The translations under genes were made by a program, and so were the position numbers. From the NCBI RefSeq assembly GCF_033153115.1, contig NW_026889794.1, positions 4,526,001 through 4,590,000 of the forward strand: a DNA stretch of 64,000 nucleotides, in the 5' to 3' direction. Below the pieces are notes generated by a model, which was not told the DNA's origin, ran no database searches, and saw only the letters and a list, made by a program, of their open reading frames with translations. Of the stretch, positions 51,925 through 64,000 are shown one piece after another. Positions within the stretch are counted from its first letter, which is position 1; each line of letters begins with the position of its first letter. This DNA is from Saccostrea echinata (lineage: Eukaryota).

Positions 51925-52500
51925 ATGTCGGATGAGAACACTAACAATGTAATACTTAACACCATCAACAAATGTGTTTTGAATGAAGGGCAAATTTCAT
52001 TTAATGTCAATGCTATTAGTACTTCCCATCGTCTTGGACCTCCTCGTCAAGACAGGCCAAGGGACATTATTGTCAGATTTGTTCGATACAGTGACAAGGC
52101 CCTTGTTTACAACAACAAGAGCAACCTAAAGGGCTGGAATGACAACCCTACTAATTGCTACAAAATCTATATCAACGAGGCACTGACTCGAAGAAGGTCC
52201 ATGTTGTTCGCCAAGACCAGAGAAGCTGTCCGAAATCACCGGGCTAAAGGTTGTTGGACATATGACGGAAAAATCTATATTAAGAAAAACAATGACAAAA
52301 AGGCCGTTATTAAAAACATAACTGATTTGGACCGTCTTATAGTTACAAACACTCAGGCAAGGGAGACGATAGATGAGGCTGAGGACGATACACAGGAGGG
52401 GTTATATTCATCAGTGGTTAAGGCCACCTCTGCAGGAGCATCAACCAGCTCTCTCTCCGGAAATCAAGGTACGCCCCATGGTGAGAATTTAAACGGCTGA
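51925..52500 (+). pseudogene. LINE ORF1 C-terminal portion
   Basis: HRLG...RPRDIIVRF...IYINEALT...CWTYDGKIYIK is typical of CR1/L2-group ORF1; lies immediately upstream of ORF2. Confidence 0.8.
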
Positions 52501-52951
52501 CCATTTGATCAAACATGTAAAATAAATTTACCAGATGTCATATCGTCTATTTTCTTCATTCATAAATCATAATCATCTAGCAGAATTGTGCGCATAAACA
52601 CTTTCTCTATGGCAATCTGCCTAGTAAGACTCTGTTTGCTTAACTTGTTTATCATTCTAAACTACACCATAACCGTGTTTCGGTTTCAAACCCTTTATTC
52701 TCTTTTGTACATATATTACTTGTCTTTAATTTTCACTAAAGTCACTTATTTTTGTATATTTCTAGCATTTGCATTGTTTGCTTCTTCTTTGTTACATCGT
52801 TTCTTTTTTTATGTTAAAACAAAAAAGTGTGATTGTCAACCTATTTTTCAACAACCTTTTCCCTTGTATTTCTATTTGACACATATATACTTTCCTATGT
52901 GCGACCAAAACATCAATCACTTTTTATTTTGCATAAATACAGTCATGGACA

Positions 52952-55900
52952 ATGGGTAATACGGTTATGCAACATCGTGCCGCAATAGGAAATTTCTACC
53001 TTGCATGTAGAGGTATTTATACATCTTCAATGTTTGTTTTCTTTAGTTTTGTACAGTTATCGGAATACGCCCGTAAATTCTTCAAAAAACATTTGTCATG
53101 GGATTTGAAGAGTTTTATTAGAATATCGATGTGTGTAAACTTTTTCTTTCATTTTTTTATTTTTACTTTATTGTTGTCTGGTGATATCAAGATTAACCCT
53201 GGTCCCACTCATGAGAGTGTCCTCGACATTTTTCACTTAAACATTAGAAGCATAAGAAACAAGATAGATTATTTAAATACAATTATTCATGATTTTGATA
53301 TCGCCTGTTTCACTGAAACTCATTTAGACAATAGTATACTAAATGATGATCTTCATATCGAAGGATTTAACTGTATTATTCGCAAAGACAGGAATTCATT
53401 TGGGGGCGGTGTGATGATTTATCTATCAAATGCTATTTCTGCCCGTCGTCGGGTAGATTTAGAACCTACAAATATTGAATGTATATGGATTGAAATAGAA
53501 AACCCTACCTCTAACTATCTTCTGTGCTGTATATACCGCCCACCACACATTGAAAATGTTTTCTGGAGAAATTTTTCCTGGTCCATAGATAAAGCAGTCG
53601 AATTATCCAATCGAATAATAATTGTTGGTGACATAAACACAGATTTTTTAAACATTCCATTTTAACAACACTAAACATTGAAGCAAACGATTCAGGTGTT
53701 CTATATATAGACTCCTTTATAAGTGATCACAAAGCAACCAACATATCAATTTCACAAAACTACAATCTTAATAGTGCATATAAACGTAAAATATGGCAGT
53801 ATAAAAATACAGACATTGAAAAATTAAATAATTTAATTGAATCTTGTGATTGGGATGAGCTAATCTGTAATGCAGAAAACATAAACTCCGCTACTGAGCT
53901 TTTTTCTTCAAAATATTTGTCATATGTTCGTGAATGCATACCCGAACAAACAATTACTATAAGACCTAAAGACAAACCTTGGTTTGATTCCCTATTAAGA
54001 AAATTTATTAGAATACGAAATAGATTGCGAAATAAAGCGTTGAAAACTAAAAATGACTCTGACTGGGCTAACTATCGTAAAATTAGGAATAAAGTTAATA
54101 ATATGAAAAAGCATGCGCTGTCAAACTACTATGACAATATTGATATACAAATCAACGATGCAAATAAAAATAACAACAAATTATACTGGAAGCTAATGAA
54201 AGAAGCTTTCTGTACTAAACTTTCATCAGATATACCGCCCATTCACTATATATCCGAAAGTGGAAATAATGCAACAGCATTTTCTGATCTAGAAAAGGTT
54301 GAAATACTAAACAACTATTTCTCGTCTATTTCTAATATAGATGACAATGGCAATGAATTACCGAAAAAATATTCATTATGTAATGATAGGCTAAGTGATA
54401 TTTTGATTCAAGAACAGGAAATAATTGATATAATATCCATACTTCCGGTAAACAAAACTATAGGACCAGATTGCATAAGTCATAAAATGTTGAAAGCAAC
54501 AATCCAGACTATTTCAAAACCATTATGTAAACTATTTAACAGGTCTCTAAAAGAAAAAGTTGTCCCATACCACTGGAAACTAGCTCATGTACTGCCTCTT
54601 TTCAAAAAAGACGACCCGTCTTTAACATCAAATTATAGACCAGTATCATTACTGAGCTACGTAAGTAAAATTATGGAAAGAATAATTTTTAAGCATGTGT
54701 ATAATTATTTTCATACAAATGATTTGTTCTACAAATACCAGGCAGGTTTTCTACCTGGTCACTCAACCGTTTATCAATTGCTAGAAACATACCACAGTAT
54801 TGCTAAAAGTATTGATGAGGGAAAATCATGTTGTATGATATTTTGTGATTTATCAAAGGCTTTCGATAGAGTATGGCACAAGGGTCTTCTTCTTAAACTA
54901 CAAACGTATGGAATTTCGGGCAATCTTTTTGAATGGTTTCAAAGTTACCTGAACAATCGTACTCAAAAAGTTATGTACAAAGATACTTTGTCTTCTAGCA
55001 AGGCTATTAATGCCGGGGTATCCAAAGGCTCAGTCCTTGGACCCTTGTTATTTCTAATATATATAAATGATGTTTCAGAAAACATGTTATCACTTTGTAG
55101 ATTATTTGCAGATGACAATTCTATACAAAGTTCTTCGTCAAATGTTGCTAACATAGAATATAATGTTAATCACGATCTAGAAGTTTTAGATGAATGGTCT
55201 AAAAAATGGTTACTAAAATTTAATCCTTCAAAAACTAAAGCTATATTCTTTACACTTAAAAAAAAAATTTGAGCTTCCAAAACTATATTTTCAACAATGT
55301 CAAATACAGTGTGTATCCACGCATAAACATCTTGGTCTACTTTTTTCACAAGACTTAAGTTGGTCTGAATATATTAATAGCATAGTAAATACTGCATATA
55401 AAAAACTTGGTCTTTTGAAAAAACTCAAATTCACTCTTGGACGTAACACACTTTCTAAAATGTACATAGCTTTTGTTAGGCCTCACCTTGAATATGCATC
55501 CGTTGTCTGGGATGGATGTACACAATAAGATATTGAAAAATTAGAAAAAGTTCAGCTTACTGCCGCACGAATCATTACAGGTCTCCCCATTTTTGTTTCT
55601 AGTGAATCACTCTATTCAGAAACGGGATGGGAACCTCTTGTAGAGAGAAGGAAGAAAGCTAAATTAACTACAATGTTAAAAATACATAATAACACTGTCC
55701 CTGATTACTTAAAAGAGATTTTTCCAAATACTCGAGGGAACATTTCATCATACAATACTCGTAATACAGAAAACTACACAATTCCGAAATGTAGACTTGA
55801 AATCTTTAAAAAATCCTTTGTCCCAGACGTAATTAACAACTGGAATTCTCTCAATCTGGGAGTGAGGGAATTAAAGTCCATCAATCAATTTAAGAAAAGT

Positions 55901-56260
55901 ATTTGTACACCATCCTCTAAACCTCCCTCTTATTTTTCATATGGAAAACGTTTTTGGAATATAATTCACACTAAATTAAGACACAACTGTATCTTAAATA
56001 GCGACTTGTATCGGAGAAATATAATTTCTTCCCCCAAATGTACTTGCGGCCAAACTGAAGACATTTATCATTTTTTCTTTGTATGCAAGAAATATGAACG
56101 TCCAAGAAATGACTTAATAAACACTATTCTTCAACTTAACCAGCAAAATATAATAGATACTCAATTTTTATTGTGCGGAAACGAATCTTTGTCTACCGAT
56201 GTAAATATTAAAATTTTCTGTAGTGTCCAGAAATTTATTCGAGAATCAGATAGATTCTAA
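52952..56260 (+). pseudogene. LINE ORF2 (endonuclease/reverse transcriptase), disrupted
   Basis: ORF pieces 52952-53665 (APE), 53917-55272 (RT) and 55673-56260 (C-terminus), separated by a deletion, a frameshift and a stop. Confidence 0.9.
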
Positions 56261-56861
56261 TTCAAAACAGTGTCTTTGATTTCAATATGTATATGCAGAA
56301 TGAAAATTTTAAATGTTTTATCAAATATGAAAGCTTCTTGTTCAATAAACATTGTAATCAGTGCATATGTAACATTAGAGCTCGGATAGATTACTCAGTA
56401 TGTGTCTTTATAATTTTTCATATATATTACATGTACAACATAAATTTTCGTAAATTATCTCAATTTACTTATTATGACAATCATATATTGTATTCATTGT
56501 TTGTATAATAAGGAGAGGATTTATTAAGTTGAAAGAACTTGTATCCAATCCTTTTGTATGTATTATTACAATAAAATATGTTCAAATCAAAATTATCTTT
56601 TCATCTGTTTTTCACTTTAGGGGTTTATTGTGGATAAACAAGACAGGAGTACAGGCAGGAAAACGCAAGTTAAAATATAGCTTTTTTCAAAATTCGTTTT
56701 GAACATAGATAATGAGAAATATCACATGTAGATTTAATGGTTTTCTTTGACAATTCTGGATTTAAATTTGAAAAATTCCGTGCATTAGCATGAATGTGAG
56801 GATGAAAAAAGACTCAATCGCCACCACATACAATAGAAACTGAGAGCATGTCAAAGAGCAG

Positions 56862-56926
56862 CTAGTGATAGAGAACGAATCAATTAGTGATAGAGATCGA
56901 ATCAGCTATTGATAGAGATCGAATCA
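56862..56926. repeat. 22-23 bp minisatellite, 3 copies
   Basis: tagtgatagaga(t/a)cgaatca repeated three times. Confidence 0.7.
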
Positions 56927-57371
56927 TGTGCGATGTAGGAGTTACTTTCCCTAGCTGACCGAGATCATTTTTACCTTGATCAGATAAACAGATAAATGGA
57001 ATAATCCGTTGACAAATCAGTATGAAAAGAATGATCTGATAAAAGTAAATAAATGTAATACAATGCTTAGCACTTTGAAGCTTCGTTGAAGTTAAGGAAC
57101 ATATCGATCAAAAAACTATCCAGGGTAACACTTTTTTTGTTTTCTCTCTTTATTTTTTTATTTTCTTCAAGTTAAGAAATATCTTTAAAACAACTTCTTT
57201 GTCTCAATCAAAGAGTAGCTCGATATTCATGATAGGGTCAAGTCAAACTCATTATGGCTATTACAAGTAGAAGTTGCAGTATTTTGTTAGAAACATTCGG
57301 TCGAATTCAAATTTTGTGATACATTATATTGTTTTTTTTTTTTTTCGAAAAAGATTTTACCATTTTTAGTA

Positions 57372-57387
57372 CACCCACCCACACACT

Positions 57388-57437
<50 letters not shown>
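57372..57437. repeat. Compound (CA)n(GA)n microsatellite
   Basis: Direct observation. Confidence 0.9.
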
Positions 57438-57612
57438 TCGAGAGATCAATAATAAATAACAAGGCATTCTTGAAATATTTTATTCCATTTACAATTTATA
57501 AAGAAAAAATACAAGGTCGAAAACCTCCACTTTTATCTGCCATACTGAAAATAAGATATGTTACTAATTTAAAAATTGTCTAAAACACATGTGCCATAGG
57601 CACAAACTTGCT

Positions 57613-57748
57613 GCAGAATTGAAGCTCTCTGGTTGTGAAAATTTAGACGAAAGTGACGCCGTAAGTCGAAGGAATTTTACAGTGCTTGGAACTATAGCTT
57701 TCTGGTTTGTTGGTCTAAATTTTCTCAACCAAAGAGCTACAGTTCTGC
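57613..57748. repeat. Imperfect inverted repeat (probable small MITE)
   Basis: gcagaattgaagctctctggttgtgaaaatttagac ... gtctaaattttctcaaccaaagagctacagttctgc. Confidence 0.55.
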
Positions 57749-58581
57749 TGCTAATGCAAAACTAATCCGGGTTGTGATGATATCGATAGATGTTAGTTAT
57801 TCCATCTATAAAAATCGTATACATATTGTGAAAATTTATATGATCAAACTTTAGAACGACCTACACTTACCGAAATGGATTTTTGAATGCAATTACATTT
57901 ACATATTTTTTTTTTCTTCCGTGTATTTCAAATATAAAATTCAAGCATATTTAGAAAACCACATGAGAAGAAAATTGAGTCTTTTTTCTTATAAACAAAC
58001 CATGATTATTTATCAATACGTTCTATTTCCATTAATGAACTCTTCAAAATTAGAGGCGCGTTTGGTCGTCTGACTGGGACAGCATGGCGTTGCGGATAAT
58101 GCAAAACATGCCAATCTCAATCCAATTTTAAATATTAAGTGTATTTGTCATTCCAATTAAAGAATAAAAGAACTAAAAGACATATGTAAGAGAGTGAGAA
58201 CCCTAAATTTATCATCCATTAATAAAAAATACGACATTTCCGAGGCATGTGTATTGTATTTAGATGTCCCATACGATAAATATGTACATACGATCAACAA
58301 TAGATGTAAATTGATATCGCTGTCATTCCTACTCTTGATGTATATAAAGTCCACAACAATAAAATATTTCATTTGCATTTTCTTAGGAATTGTTCATCGA
58401 CATTCAATATATTGTTTACATGTTTATGTTACGTTTTTCCCAGAAATCCCGTTAGATCTGTACATTTTCCGACTTTTTCACAAAAGAGCGCACTAAGAAG
58501 TAAAACTCTTCCATAGTGGAAATAGAACGTATTCTAAGCAAAGTGCTATTCCTTCTTAATGATAAGGAAAAGATGTACCAT

Positions 58582-60033
58582 TCAAGGATGGGGGTGGGGA
58601 CCACCGGGACCATGATGTACCCCTGGAAGGTCGTGATCTTTGAGACATTCACATCTACCATCCAGGCAATGGTAATGGGCGTCATGTTCACGACAGCGGC
58701 CAATTCCCATACAGTCCAGCATATCGGAGCAGACTGAAATATACAACACAATAAAAACTGAAGTAACAGCGCATTCCAAAGAGCAAGACGAAGCATGCTG
58801 CCATAGACATATAATTACTGTAAGCACAACGGTAATTGACACTCTTCTGATATATAATGCTTAAATGAAGACTGTTAACTTGTTACAGGTTGCCAAATAT
58901 TTACAAACATGTAGAACAAATGTATTTGTTGTTACATTTATAAAAAAATAATCAAAACAAGTGAATTTCCAATATTTCAGTGGCAATATAAATCGAAGAT
59001 ATTTACCGGTGTGGGCATCACAGGTGCATCTATCCTCATGACAAGCAATATGGGTTGAGTTGGATGGACATACTGTTAATGTACAGTCATCGACATGTTT
59101 GCAGACCTCCGCCAGAACACTTACTGTCATCAAATAATAAAATGCGTTGGTACGAAAACAAGATGTAGTTTTTGACTATAAAATTCATAATTTCTATATT
59201 GTTCAGAGACCCTTAAAAAGGTTTTTTTTTAAAGTCTAAACTGCAATTCCCTAAAATATTGCGTCGATCCGAAGTGTGTTGTGAATTTGAGATGAATATT
59301 CCACGTTGAAATTGTATGATCTTTTTTGAAAAAAAGGGGAGGAGGTGTAAATGTTCTAAGAACATTGTTCAAGTTAGGTCATAAATCAAGAGTACCGTAC
59401 GAAATAACTTCTACACCAGTGGCTAATTCATGCAGTCTGTTTTAAAAAAAAAAAGCTTATTATGCTCTGTTCTTGTGTACATTGAAAGAAAAACTGTAAA
59501 GTTTTGAACGATATTTTCCTTAATAACCAATCAGGTTCTAGAATCCAATTAAGGGTCAAGTTTTAAAGTATATACACTGTACAGTTTAAATTGGGGTTGA
59601 ATGCCCTTGACGTCGAAGATTTTACTGCACTTTATGATATTTCATGTCAAATCATCCAAAATTGATATTAATTTACAATATTTTGAAATGGAATTTTGAT
59701 GAGTATATAAGCAAAGATTCTTTTAAATTATGTATGCCTTTTTGCTTGATCATGTCATCAAATATTTTTCTTTACAATAACTTGTGTCATTCCTCAAAGT
59801 TGGTACTCAGCTAAAATGATATTCAGTCCACCCCTGGTTTGCTTATTCTCTGTAGCTTTGCTTAATGTTGTCAACTATGTTATACTCATTTTTTTATTCC
59901 CTTTTATATCTACTTCTATACATGTTAAGAACATCAGTTCCATATACATGGAGTGAACATAGAATTCAACAAAAAAAATACTAGGTCACTTACCACTGTA
60001 AAAAATAAAAGCACAGATAAATAAAGCCTTCAT
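58582..60033 (-). CDS. Serine protease inhibitor Cvsi-like (oyster family I84), ~102 aa, His/Pro/Gly tail
   Basis: Exons 60033-59994, 59123-59007, 58733-58582 (309 nt). MKALFICAFIFYSVSVLA-EVCKHVDDCTLTVCPSNSTHIACHEDRCTCDAHT-VCSDMLDCMGIGRCREHDAHYHCLDGRCECLKDHDLPGVHHGPGGPHPHP*. Signal peptide plus 12 Cys in two 6-Cys halves, as in the cvSI family. Confidence 0.85.
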
Positions 60034-60328
60034 GATGACCGACAATGCGATTTCAATGCTGAACCTATTCTGCTATACAGAAAGAAACAACCTTTATTGG
60101 GAATGAAGTACAAGATAAGACATGGCATTGTAGATTCTATGTCACGACAAGAAATAAGAATTTTATGATAAGAATATTTGACATAACATGGCTTACATCT
60201 ATAAACGCCAGTTTTCACACTTTAATATACACTTATCGTATACTCCATTTTATTTGTAAGATGTTGTAAAGCGTGTTTTTCCCTTGATTCCATAGATTCT
60301 TCCCGGGATTATATTTTTGTTTAACATA

Positions 60329-61663
60329 CGAGGGTCATTCAATAAATAATATAATAGGTCATCTAAAAGTAAGAAAAGTGAGAAATATATATTCTAAACA
60401 TTTTCAAACTCTTAAAGCATTCTCTGTTATCCTTTATACATGTCTTAAGTCTTTGTGCCCATGACCAGAAAACCTCAGCATACCCCTCTTTAGGGATGCC
60501 CCAAAGACACTGATGAATATCACTTTCCATGACATATCTAATATTGTACAATCTTCCATTGATTGTTTTCAAACATTTTTAGAATAAAAAGATCTCACAA
60601 TGGCTTAGATCTAGCCAATATGGGGGATGGTAAAGCTCTGTAAACTTCTTTTTTCGTCAGAGCTGCATTTATTTCTCTGTGCTTATTTGCAGGAGGTTGC
60701 CAGGTGCAAGAAAATTACCCTGGGGGCGGTATGTCGACTTCTTCTGCAGGAAATCTGTTTACCTTTCCTCGGTGCAATTTGAACATAAAAGTTACCATTG
60801 ATGGTCCTTCCTTCGGGTATATCTACATGTTTAACTGGGCCTCTTGAAAAAAATGAAAATTAATGAAACATGCTTGGAACCCTTGTTTCTCTTTACAATA
60901 ATAAGAACAATAGCTTTTTTTTTTAAATCCACTTTATTATTGATTTTCCTTTTTGGCTATAAAAAATGCACCCATGTTTCGTCATTCATCAGGCAAATTT
61001 AACAAATCTTCTATTTTGTTAAAATGTATGTTTTTAAGTAAACCGTTGGCACATTTAATGCGTATTTTTCTCTTAGGCAATTTTAAGAAAATAAGGCACA
61101 TATCTGATAGAAATATTATTATATTAATTTCCGTTGTCAGAATTCTATAAAATGTTATGACAATGAAATGCTTACTCTTCGTGCAATGTCTTTGGATGTA
61201 AATTTGACATTTTCAGATATCATGTTGCACATTGCATCGATAATTTTTGTTATCCCTACAAATTTCAATCGACCAGTTTGACTTTTATATTTTAACTCTC
61301 CTTTTTTACTTCTAAATCAATCTGAAAACTATACAGCGTTAAAGACTATTCTTTCCACATATAAAAATCATAATCCTTAATATGAGTTCTTCGGCGATTT
61401 ATTTAAAGAAACACAGTTTTCACATACGCTCTCATTTTCATCTTCTTGGCAGAGATCATTTTGAAAAGTTAATTTTCAGTTCAGTGTAATGACCATGCAT
61501 ATTTTAAAAGTAAATTTCTTTGCGAGGATAATAGAAAAATCATGGGGTTTTCTATGATTAGGAGCTCTTTAATTGAACATTTCAACTGTGAAAAAATAGA
61601 ATTAAATAGATTTACATTTACTGTGATATACTGTTTGTTGCATTACTTATTGAACGACCCTCG
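60329..61663 (-). mobile_element. Decayed mariner DNA transposon (~1.3 kb) between the Cvsi paralogs
   Basis: TA|cgagggtcattcaataa ... ttattgaacgaccctcg|TA. Minus-strand remnants DETWVHF (~60965-60985), HPPYWLDLS (~60600-60630) and a mariner-like C-terminus in ORF 60363-60572. Confidence 0.87.
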
Positions 61664-62371
61664 TATAACATCAGTTTAAGAAGATTCATGTAAATGCCTG
61701 CCGATGAATTTGATGTATGTTTATGGTGTAAAAACATCAAACTTCCAAACTTTTTAATTGCATAAAAATCTCTTAGATTCTTATATGTAGGAATCGGCCA
61801 TCTGAAACATGTCCTCCTACTAGCTGGAAAAAAGGACCTTCATAGTTATAATTCAAAAATCATCGGTCAGTTTAAGACAATTTTAATCTTGTTCTTTACA
61901 ATCAAGTTCAATTCTAATTATTTTTCATATACTGGAATCCAAAAGTTTACAAAAATCACAATGTACGATTAAAAATACAAAGCAGAAACCATGCACGAAA
62001 TGTTCCACCAAGAGAAACAAATTGATTGCAAATTCTAAAATAACTAAACTTTTTATGATAAACATGATTTAACTTCGATTTTTCTATCGCCAGCTTCTCT
62101 TATTTCATGAAACAGTATACCATTAATACCACATACAGTGTTACTGTGTTAATAAAGCATGTTCTGAGTATAACCCAGGTAGGTTACAAACAAGTAAGTT
62201 GAAGTTGCGAAAACCGTTTCAAGACAATATTTCTCCCATTTAATGATCAATATGATGATCTTATCTGTAGAGAAACAGTTTTTTTTATGTCGAATTCATT
62301 GAGTTTTAAATACAAAACAATGTTATTATTGTCTTTTGATTACGCTTTACTCTGTTTACCTTATCAAGATG

Positions 62372-62600
62372 TTCCCCGCATGGTGTAGTGCTCTAGAGTC
62401 GCGGCGTAAGGAGTTGATCCTTACTTTGTTGGTTCAAATCCACTGTGTGACGTGGAGTCCAGTCCTTCGGATGAGACCGTATAAATCGGGGTTCCCGTGA
62501 AGCAGTGGGTGCTGGCACGAAAAAGTTCCCTCACTGCTAAAAAGGTGTAAGTGCCGAGTACAGGTTTAAATTTGAATCTCACCTGTGATGTTTCCAGTGG
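62372..62600 (+). mobile_element. Older SINE sharing the Deu/Nin-like core but with a different head
   Basis: tcggatgagacc...tggcacga-aaag...ctcactgct...agtgccgagta-aggt-aaatttgaa aligns to 19342-19451; degenerate A/B boxes lie upstream. Confidence 0.65.
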
Positions 62601-63256
62601 TTTAAGTTTTCTCAGCTCTCAATTCTCAACATTCAATTGGGCTTTTGAGTGTTATTACTGTTCGTCATCTTCAAACTTTTTAAAAGACTTTTTTTTATTG
62701 TTTAAAGTGCAGCATATCTCAAAAGTATTGTGTTGTTTTTGTAAATAAGAAGAAAGTATAAATCTTGAACATCTTTGTTGTTGTTTTTATTTAATCTCCT
62801 ATTTCCAAGATGAAACAAATACTAACAACCATAAAAGTATACCAAAAAACCCCAAAACAAATACGTATAATGTATAAATTTGAGTTTTTATGAGCAAGAA
62901 ACGAGGATCGTGAAAAAAAAGAACACCTAAGATAGTAACTTATTACTTTTTTTCCATTTAATGTTTATTTTTCAAATGTGTGACAACAAAAGATAAGGTT
63001 GCAAAACGCATTTACCACGTAAATCTGGAAATAAAAACAAAAAGAATCTTAAATTCAGATAACTTAAAATTTTATTAGATTAGAATCTATTTCAAAAATT
63101 AAGACACAAAATGATCATATTTTCTTTCATTTACTTCTTAATCGAAAAATCTTAGTACACGTATTTTGCAACATACTTTGTGTATATGTGTTTTATAGTC
63201 CTTGTACTTGGGATAATATGTTCTATTATGTTAATAAAACGAAAGTAGCGCATTTT

Positions 63257-63830
63257 TTACCAATATGGAACATCTTTGTCTTCCATACAGGCGCAATTGT
63301 TATCCAAGCAGTGGTAGTGACTATTGTCATCATGACAACGTCCAATCCCCATGCAATCTAGAATGCTTGAGCATGCTGAAACAGGAAATCAAAGATATAA
63401 CATTCAAATATCTGTCATGTAAATTAATAGTAGACTAGCAGCTAGAGACCAGTAATTGAATTAATCATAGGATTGAAAGTACTTGTATCAGGTGATGTAA
63501 AAAAAAAATTAATCAATTTAAGACATTTGGATATTTTTATAGTATTTAGACATTTGGTAAATCAAATAATTTGCATTCTAACATTTTTTGAAATATTCAT
63601 TCATTACATTTTATGGACAGGAAATATTGCTAACTAAAGGTGAAAGATCGAGTGTTAATTTTCAACATTGCTTGTTGAAGTATTTCGTTGGGTATATATA
63701 TCATACAACTTACGAATAGAAGCGTCACATGTACACCTGTCTTCATGGCATGCAATGTGAGAAGAATTCGAAGAACACATGGTCAACTGACAGTCCCGTG
63801 CTTGTTTACACCGTTCAGCAATAATGCTGG
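63257..63830 (-). CDS. Second Cvsi-like inhibitor paralog (exons 2-3; exon 1 presumably beyond the window end)
   Basis: Exons 63830-63714 (SIIAERCKQARDCQLTMCSSNSSHIACHEDRCTCDASI) and 63375-63257 (PCSSILDCMGIGRCHDDNSHYHCLDNNCACMEDKDVPYW*). Same phases and Cys pattern as the 58582 gene; absent from the ORF track. Confidence 0.85.
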
Positions 63831-64000
63831 CTGAATTTAAAGTGGATAGAAGGTTGTGATTTGAGGATTATTATATGAGCATATTTTGTAGGTCTGGTAT
63901 AAAAGCCATTAAGAAATATATAAAGTAATTACATAAATTCCTATAGATAAGTAATACAATGTAATTCGGTTAAATGTACATATACATGTATATTACCGGT

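Larger units (their letters stand above)
51894..56591 (+). mobile_element. Decayed, 5'-truncated CR1-group (CR1/Zenon-like) LINE
   Basis: ORF1 3' part at 51925-52500. ORF2 has an APE endonuclease (HLNIRSIRNK, FTETHL, IYRPP, GDINTD), RT (YRPVSLL, DLSKAFDRVWH, GSVLGP, LFADD) and a C-terminal CTCG..EDIYHFFFVC. Internal deletion ~53660, frameshift in the A-run ~55260, stop ~55526. 3' end AATAAA...tcaaatcaaa. The 5' boundary is approximate. Confidence 0.92.

Noticed and set aside
52588-52959. 123-aa hydrophobic ORF
   Set aside because: T-rich inter-ORF spacer of the LINE, with a non-ATG start and compositional hydrophobicity.
58452-58796. 114-aa minus-strand ORF
   Set aside because: Alternative frame over Cvsi-like exon 3; the Cys-pattern frame is supported by the paralog.
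60975-60995. Hammerhead core CTGATGA..GAAA on the minus strand
   Set aside because: No room for stem II; it is the mariner DETW coding remnant.

Overview
AT-rich eukaryotic genomic DNA, most likely a bivalve mollusc and probably an oyster. This is inferred from Cg170/HINE-like repeats, a Meta/Deu-type SINE, Penelope-like remnants and Cvsi-like genes. All host genes I could assemble lie on the minus strand and are spliced, so the ORF track shows only fragments of them. (1) A tandem cluster of three uncharacterised secreted Cys-rich genes (3564-9870, 16918-25125, 27978-30111). They are built from the same 4-exon, 12-Cys, phase 1-1 module but differ in architecture: one module plus a hydrophobic tail, two modules plus a hydrophobic tail, and one module plus two WCxx[NT]CxxGxCPxxxCxC repeats. 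(2) An uncharacterised charged 343-aa gene (35183-36214). (3) A complete 11-exon SLC22 organic cation transporter-like gene (39998-50396). (4) Two tandem Cvsi-like (family I84) serine protease inhibitor genes (58582-60033, and 63257 to beyond 64000). Introns and spacers hold a decayed CR1-group LINE (~51.9-56.6 kb), an L2-like RT fragment, two decayed mariners, four satellite-carrying HINE-like elements, TTAA- and TA-flanked MITEs, a CACTA-like element, SINEs and Penelope-like remnants. A 155-N gap lies at 28386-28540. Gene models were spliced by eye and need transcript confirmation; family names come from motif recall, not database searches.
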